A stretch of DNA of 56,023 nt, the filler included, from Catajapyx aquilonaris (taxonomy: Eukaryota), in assembly GCA_000934665.2 (NCBI GenBank). It is 2 parts of 2 records of this genome, joined end to end, with 100 filler letters (N's around TTAATTAATTAA, not from the genome) between each part and the next. Parts side by side here need not be neighbours in the genome. Positions count along the whole stretch, not along the records: positions 28,067 to 56,023 come from JYFJ02004975.1; 1 more part is not named here. One strand, 5' to 3'. The position numbers and the translations under genes were made by a program. The notes beneath the pieces are model-generated. The model searched no databases and was not told the DNA's origin. It was given only the letters and a program-made list of their open reading frames with translations. Shown here piece by piece: positions 49,905 to 56,023 of this stretch (positions are counted from its first letter, which is position 1; each line of letters starts with the position of its first letter).

Positions 49905-51755
49905 CAATCATATACATAAGGGTTCATCCTCAGCTTATTCGGAGCAGCCAAACTGGTCACCCTATGGCTTACAGTTATACTTATCTAAGTCATAATACGA
50001 CTATTTACCTTGTATGTAGAAGGACCTATAACAGCACCACTAACTTGCAAGTCTGGCCAAATAGAGAAGCTCCAAAGGTTCTCCAAAACCTACATCAGAT
50101 AGCTACGCTACGATGCTGAAATTTTGACTCTGCAGATGGACTACTACTCCCAGATAGAGCAGCAGTAGCCATGACAATAGTTCGTTGCCCGCAACACTTG
50201 TTAAAATTGATGAAAGATGCGTTATGGAAAGATTATTACATACATCAAAGTATCATGGGGTCGATTCAGAAACAAAAAGTGGCATTACCGAAATATTAGT
50301 TGAAGGATCATAAGGCACATGTATCAAGAGAAAACGCCTATACAGATCCGGAGGACTCTAGCACCATTATTAGTTCACTTGATCATGATGCACGTCCTAG
50401 GCCTTGCACATATAATTTCCATGAATATTGCAAACATGATACTACGTACTACGTTTAGTACAATTCTGACCATGTCGCCTGACATAATTCGAGGTTCGTA
50501 TATATGCATTTTAAAAAACAGCAACATTAGGTTGTGTCGGGGACACAAGCCGCAGCTTTTGACGTGAATACGTCATTAAAAAGGAAAACTCGAGCGTGAC
50601 GGAACTGTGACCCACAGGTGACCTTAAAGTCTGGACACATACATGGTGACCCTTAAGTCTTGCCATGGAAAGTGTGGCTATGGAGACCTTTATTTCCATC
50701 AAGATAAAGAATGAGGGGAACGTGTATGAAAATGAAGGCAAATGAGGTCCAATGTGCAGTGGAAATCCAGACGACAGCAAGGCATTCAGACCACCAACAC
50801 ACGACGGAATGAGTCCTGATACACAAACAAAGATTGTAATCTGGCAATAAGACTAACTGACCATGCCGAGATTGAAGAGGAGTCTGAACCAACATGTAAC
50901 ATCAAACCAAGACGGAAAATTATCGTATACGGTAATTATTCTGGTGCCCTGTTGAATATACGCATATTGTGATCCAGGTGAAGTAGTGATCCAATCTGTG
51001 GCCAAAATGTAGTAATTACGACATACAAAATAAGCAAGTAATTAAGTCCAATAACAACAATTATTCACCCAAGAGCATCCAAAATGAGAATGAAGCATCT
51101 TCTGGTGACTACGAAAAGTTTAAAGTGGTGCAGAAATGTACATGTTACAAAGTGAAGGATATCCACAACTGGCGGGTTTCAATTCATATCATGCCGTACT
51201 TGTTATGTACAGTACATATTAACCTGTTTAAATAACACTTTCTGCAGCTTGACCCACTTAACATGTTGCCTCTAATTCAAAGAAAGTCAAATTGCATTTC
51301 ATGTTGCCCATCTTCCAGGGTTACTTGCAGGCTATATTATCTGAAAGTAAAGACTTTCAAGCAGAATTTACTTGCTGACAATATATTTTGATTTCTTCTT
51401 CCTCTTGATAGTGACAATGTAATATCAACTTCTACATACAGACTATTAAACTTTAACCTTGAATTTGATTCATTATGACTTCAGGAAGTATTCCTTCGCA
51501 ATAATCCGGTTACTGGATATGCCAAAAAAGACGCTTCAATTATTGTCATTGCACTGTGAGTATACGTGTCCTGTATGCACCTTGACCCAGGTCAGGATGG
51601 GGCCTGATCGAGATGCTGAACATACAACCAGTGCAATTAATATTTCAGGTGATTTAAAAACAGACGACAATACGATGTCCACCCTCCAGTGCCAACTGAA
51701 TTCTCTAAAATGTGAAACACAAGCAGGCCATAAGAGAAAATAGAGACATGAATCC

Positions 51756-51917
51756 TGCATCGAGCTGACTGGAGAGCCCAAACTCCAAAGACGATTTTTC
51801 TGGAAGAAGAAGTGCAGAAGGAGAATGACAATAGCACTTTGTAACTGGCAAGGACAAAAATATTGCACTGACCCTTTCTAGATGCATCGAGCTAACTGGA
51901 CAGCCCAAACTCCAAAG
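51756..51917 (+). repeat. 35-bp direct repeat, two copies 127 bp apart
   Basis: tgcatcgagctgactggagagcccaaactccaaag (51756-51790) vs tgcatcgagctaactggacagcccaaactccaaag (51883-51917). Confidence 0.8.
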
Positions 51918-52867
51918 CAAATCCAACCGACAACTGAATCATACCCTAAAGCAAGATATACTCACCATGTCACACAACACACATATACACAAGTTGACAC
52001 ATGGATGTATAGTATTGTGACAATACAATCTTAGATTCGGTTTTTTATACAGGGAGTAATGATACCTAGACATTATTATTTGTCTTATGCTGACCTGAAC
52101 AAGGTTGACTTCAGGGAGAATCAAAATCTTACCAAAACTGAGAACCTTCACACATTACCACGTCACATTATCTGTTGAAAAACAATATTACTCCACATCC
52201 ATAAACTTCATAGAACATTCCGTCCTGCTAACAGGTGACGCATTCGTAACAGAGGTAGCCTACATTATTTTACACAAGTTTTTTTAAAGTACTAGGCTTA
52301 ATAATAGGCATATAGGCCTTCAAAGGTTGACTATGCCAAACAATATCTACAGTCACAGTTACTTGTGCCATCAACTGAATGCTGCAACAAATCCATCAAT
52401 ACCACACACTTCCGCCAACTTCATCTGACAGGGAAGCTTCTGGGTGCAATTCTACCTAGTGTGGACACTATCTTGGTCCTCATTCGGGGAAAGAGACATC
52501 CACTGTCTCCCTTAGAAAAATGCACACACCTGACTGCAATATATTATAACTCATCGTACACTACCATTGGTAAAATGGTCAATCTCATCAGCTCTCATTT
52601 TCAGAGCGGCCAAGGCGTCTTCACAAAAACTAGCCACACTCTGATTCTTCAGTCACATGAAGGTTCGACTACTCTGAAGTGTTGTCTTACCTTGGACAGC
52701 GACCCACCAACTCTGGCCAAAATGGAGCGGTTCGAAAATTAATGTTCTTCAAAACCTACATTTTACAGGTAAGTGCTACTGAATTCAATGAAACAAAAAT
52801 CTCCAATGATACATCATCAACTGAATAAATATTCACCTTGCTACAGGTAGACAGCCGTCCTCTAATA

Positions 52868-54860
52868 GGGTGTGGGGGTCTGCCCCTGGCGTGGGTCTGC
52901 CCCTGGGCGAGACCAGGAGAGAGCCAGACTGAGAGACGGAAACAAAGGACAGGAGAAGAAAGAGAGGGTAGCAGCGCCTGACGCCAAGGGTGGTGGCAGG
53001 ACGAGGAACTACAAGAGTACAACACACCCGACGCCAGGTGTCTTCACTTGACACATGAAATGGATGGCAGTGGAGGAAGCCATTTTGAGTCCTACGGCAA
53101 TGCAATTAAAACAAGCACGTGGAAGAAGACAAATTCAATTGCGCCTTGGTGCAGGTCACGATGGGGCATGATCCAGATGCACATCTAAACCTAACTTTGA
53201 AGTGCCGTATGGCACAAGATTCCACCGGTAGAGTATTATAAAAGGACCACATGGTGCACCCGTGATGGTTGGGAAGATATACGGACACCGCATGGTTAGC
53301 TGACTAAAATGTGCCCTCAAAATACACCAAACAATATAATATTATTACACCTCTTTCGACCATGAGGAAGTACTTGAATAAATATTGTGGCTTCAGTAAA
53401 ACACAAGTGCGTCATTCCTTTCTTTCCGTGACCAAAATATCACGTGACACGTATCCAAACATTGAAATTGACAATACGACGCAGCCTTTGAAACCATTGT
53501 CTGCGGAATCTCGCATAGAAGACTCACTAGGCTTTGAACCATGTGAAATTATTTTTTCATCCTTAGGTGTTTTTAGCGCAATGACACATTTTCCCTTGAC
53601 AACAATAATGTGGGCTGAACTAAACCTCTGCCCAAGCAGGTCCTACTCTGAACAATATCTCCTTGATATTAGTAAAGCTGTGCAGAGACCAACATGTAAC
53701 CACTTCCGATAGCAACAGGAAAATGGAGACAGGACACATGACCTTTTTATGCCCGAGAACAATTATTTACTCTTCATGGAAGCATGAATGACTCTTCTTG
53801 GATGATACCACCAGTACACAGATATACATGTCCAAACAGCATTACAAGCTTTGCTATAGGAAGGTCCCCAATGGCCCACCTCATCGTAGTTTAAAATGGT
53901 CCAATTATATCGTAATGAATGAAATGCTGGATCATAAACCTACGAAGACAGACTTTCGCGGGTTACTCTGGGTTACTACTCACGCTCAATTTGAGTGAAT
54001 TAAACATGAGTTTTGACTACTGAAGTCCAATCACTTTAGTGGCGACTCAATGCAGACAAACGGCAAGCATTAAAGAGGCGAAGCTGCGTCTGCAGGTACG
54101 ATTCAAGCCATCAATTACCTCCTTCGACTATTGCAATGCTAGAATAAACAATACTGTGGCTTCAAGATGAGAAGTTGTGTAATAATTAATCAGTTGCAGT
54201 GAGAATAAAGAAACTCACATCCCCCACACGTATGTAGGGTAGTGGAAAAGGAGCATCACCACACTAATCACTGATGCCAGCAGCACTTTGCACCCATCAT
54301 CATTAGTAATGGTCTTCGGTCGTCCACCTGAGTGAATCAATAATATAACAATATATAATATTATCAAGACACGAGGCAGAACGGATTCACTATAGGAACA
54401 CCATGCGCCTTGGACATGAACGATATTGTGGAGTTGGTTCAATGGCTTTCGCACATGCTGACATACCCTATGTGTATTTTTACCGGCAAGCATTGGACTC
54501 ACCCGTCTCCACATGGATCCCCTCTTCCTCTCAGAGGGTATGGGTGTGGGGTCTGCCCCTGGTGTGTGGGTCTGCCCCTGGGCGAGACCAGGAGAGAGCC
54601 AAGAGAGAGACGCACTTCCCAAGGGCAGGAGAAGAATGAGAGGGTAGCAGCGCCTGTCTGTCGGGGGTGCGGGTGGTGGGAAGGGTCTCATTTGCTGACT
54701 TTGCTACACAATAATGCATTGCAAATCATTTCTGTTTCGTGTCATTCCCATGCTATTGTGACACCCTCTGACCTAAATGCCCACCCACTCTTGTTTGACA
54801 TGCGCAGCACATGGGCACTGTACGCGTGAATTTTGTCACCAATAAATCAGTGATCACAGT
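52868..54860. repeat. Interspersed repeat fragments (possibly LTR-derived): ~52868-52980 repeated at ~54540-54657; ~54700-54855 similar to ~31885-32050
   Basis: Shared gtgggtctgcccctgggcgagaccaggagagagcca and gagggtagcagcgcctg; shared tgtgacaccctctgacc(c/t)aaatgccca and ttgtcaccaataaatcagtgat. Confidence 0.65.
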
Positions 54861-56023
54861 TCTTTTCTTCAATAAAGCAAAAATGACTCCACTCTGGAGA
54901 CTCAAGCTAGACGAGTCAGACGTGCCTTTTACTCTCTCTCTCTCTCTCTCTCTCCCTTTAACCCCGATCCAATCAATCCCAATCCAGGATCGAACCCGAG
55001 ACGAATACAACTGTAACTATACTTGAAGCACTCTGGACTGTACTGAATAAATGACGAGTCATTGATCTTGACTGGTCAACGCGAGGAAACGACTATTCCA
55101 CGAACTGAGTCTGATACGATCAGCTTTTAACGCTCGCCCGCTGCGGTATATCTGGATACAAACAGAAACCTTTTAGCGTGGCAAATGAAATATTAACAGA
55201 CAGTGAGTGCCTGTACAGAGAAGTAATTACTGGTCAGGTTACAGATGGAGAAGGGTGGGGGAGGAGGAGGATATCAAGGGTCAAAACATGCATTTATAAT
55301 ATTCACTACAATATTGGGCTGTTATATTCTCCTTTTAATCTCAGGACCACTACTTCAAAAAATGTATTGGTTTCTCATCATCGGACCAAATCTTGTAGTA
55401 TGAAATGTCTTCTGAAAAAACCAATAAGTAGCCTAATAATTATTTCATGTTTCCATGTTTTTTAGGTTGTTCCTGTTAAGCTGCTCATAATGCTCAGCAA
55501 GTGACTTGGTGTGGTAATGTTTCCAATTGAGTATTAAATGTATGGAGAAGCTTAATGACTGACTTCACTTGCGCGGCGTCTGTGCCTGGGTGAAGCATAT
55601 CCGGTCATGGCCAAAGTTAGTTTGCCGCAGGAGGTCAAGTGGTTAAGGAGAGACGTCAGCGTCAGTCCTTTCCAGCAACAGGAGCGATTCAACATGAATT
55701 ATTTGAAGCACTTAGGCACCAGACCAGGCTAATTGAGTCTTATCAATGTGGTTTGGGCAACTGCTGGAATGTAGGTTTAGTAGAGTGGCTAATCCATTAT
55801 TAACCTAGTTTGGAGTGGTGGGGTGGGGCAGCACGTGCGACACGTCAGTGCTTGGGTGAAACATGTCCGGGGTGCAAGTGCTGGTCCTTTGCTCCGTGGC
55901 CATGGCCATGTTTGGTGGCCACACCTCATCATCATCATCGGGTGTTGGGAAGAACGTGTCTGGTCTGATGGGAGAGCAGGAGAAGAGGAAGGGTGGGGAG
56001 GAAGGAGAGTGGTGGGCAGTGTC

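Larger units (their letters stand above)
45270..51208 (+). repeat. Recent direct duplication of ~0.8 kb (45270-46067 vs 50455-51208)
   Basis: Long identical runs, e.g. ggagacctttatttccatcaagataaagaatgaggggaacgtgtatgaaaatgaaggcaaatgaggtccaa. The same spurious ORF (MLVQTPLQSRHGQ...) appears twice in the track. Confidence 0.9.

Noticed and set aside
29700..56023. Numerous 60-160 aa ORFs in the right half
   Set aside because: No domain motifs or coherent exon chains; several recur only because the underlying non-coding DNA is duplicated.

Overview
Eukaryotic, intron-containing genomic DNA, most likely from a non-insect arthropod (MPDPCC-type metallothioneins and an intronless divergent ionotropic receptor). 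An artificial 100-bp linker (44 N + TTAATTAATTAA + 44 N, 27967-28066) splits the window, so the two halves need not be neighbours. The left half is gene-dense. It holds the 5' coding exons of an SLC22 transporter (-), two MRE/TATA-driven metallothionein genes (-; 41 aa, and a His-rich 51 aa) and a Glu/Pro/Lys-rich disordered protein with an MG start (+). About 110 bp past that gene's poly(A) signal lies an apparently promoterless third metallothionein-like gene with three GGCC tail repeats (+). Convergent with it is a >=12-exon, ~1200-aa gene (-) fusing a PLP class-V cysteine desulfurase-like domain to a bacterial-type TtcA tRNA thiolase domain. The ORF track recovers none of the three MT genes intact; all were rebuilt by splicing with phase checks. 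The right half has one 5'-truncated ionotropic receptor ORF, then ~26 kb of gene-poor, locally duplicated, TE-derived DNA. The best candidates for an undescribed system are the desulfurase-TtcA fusion and the acidic-protein/GGCC-metallothionein unit beside it.
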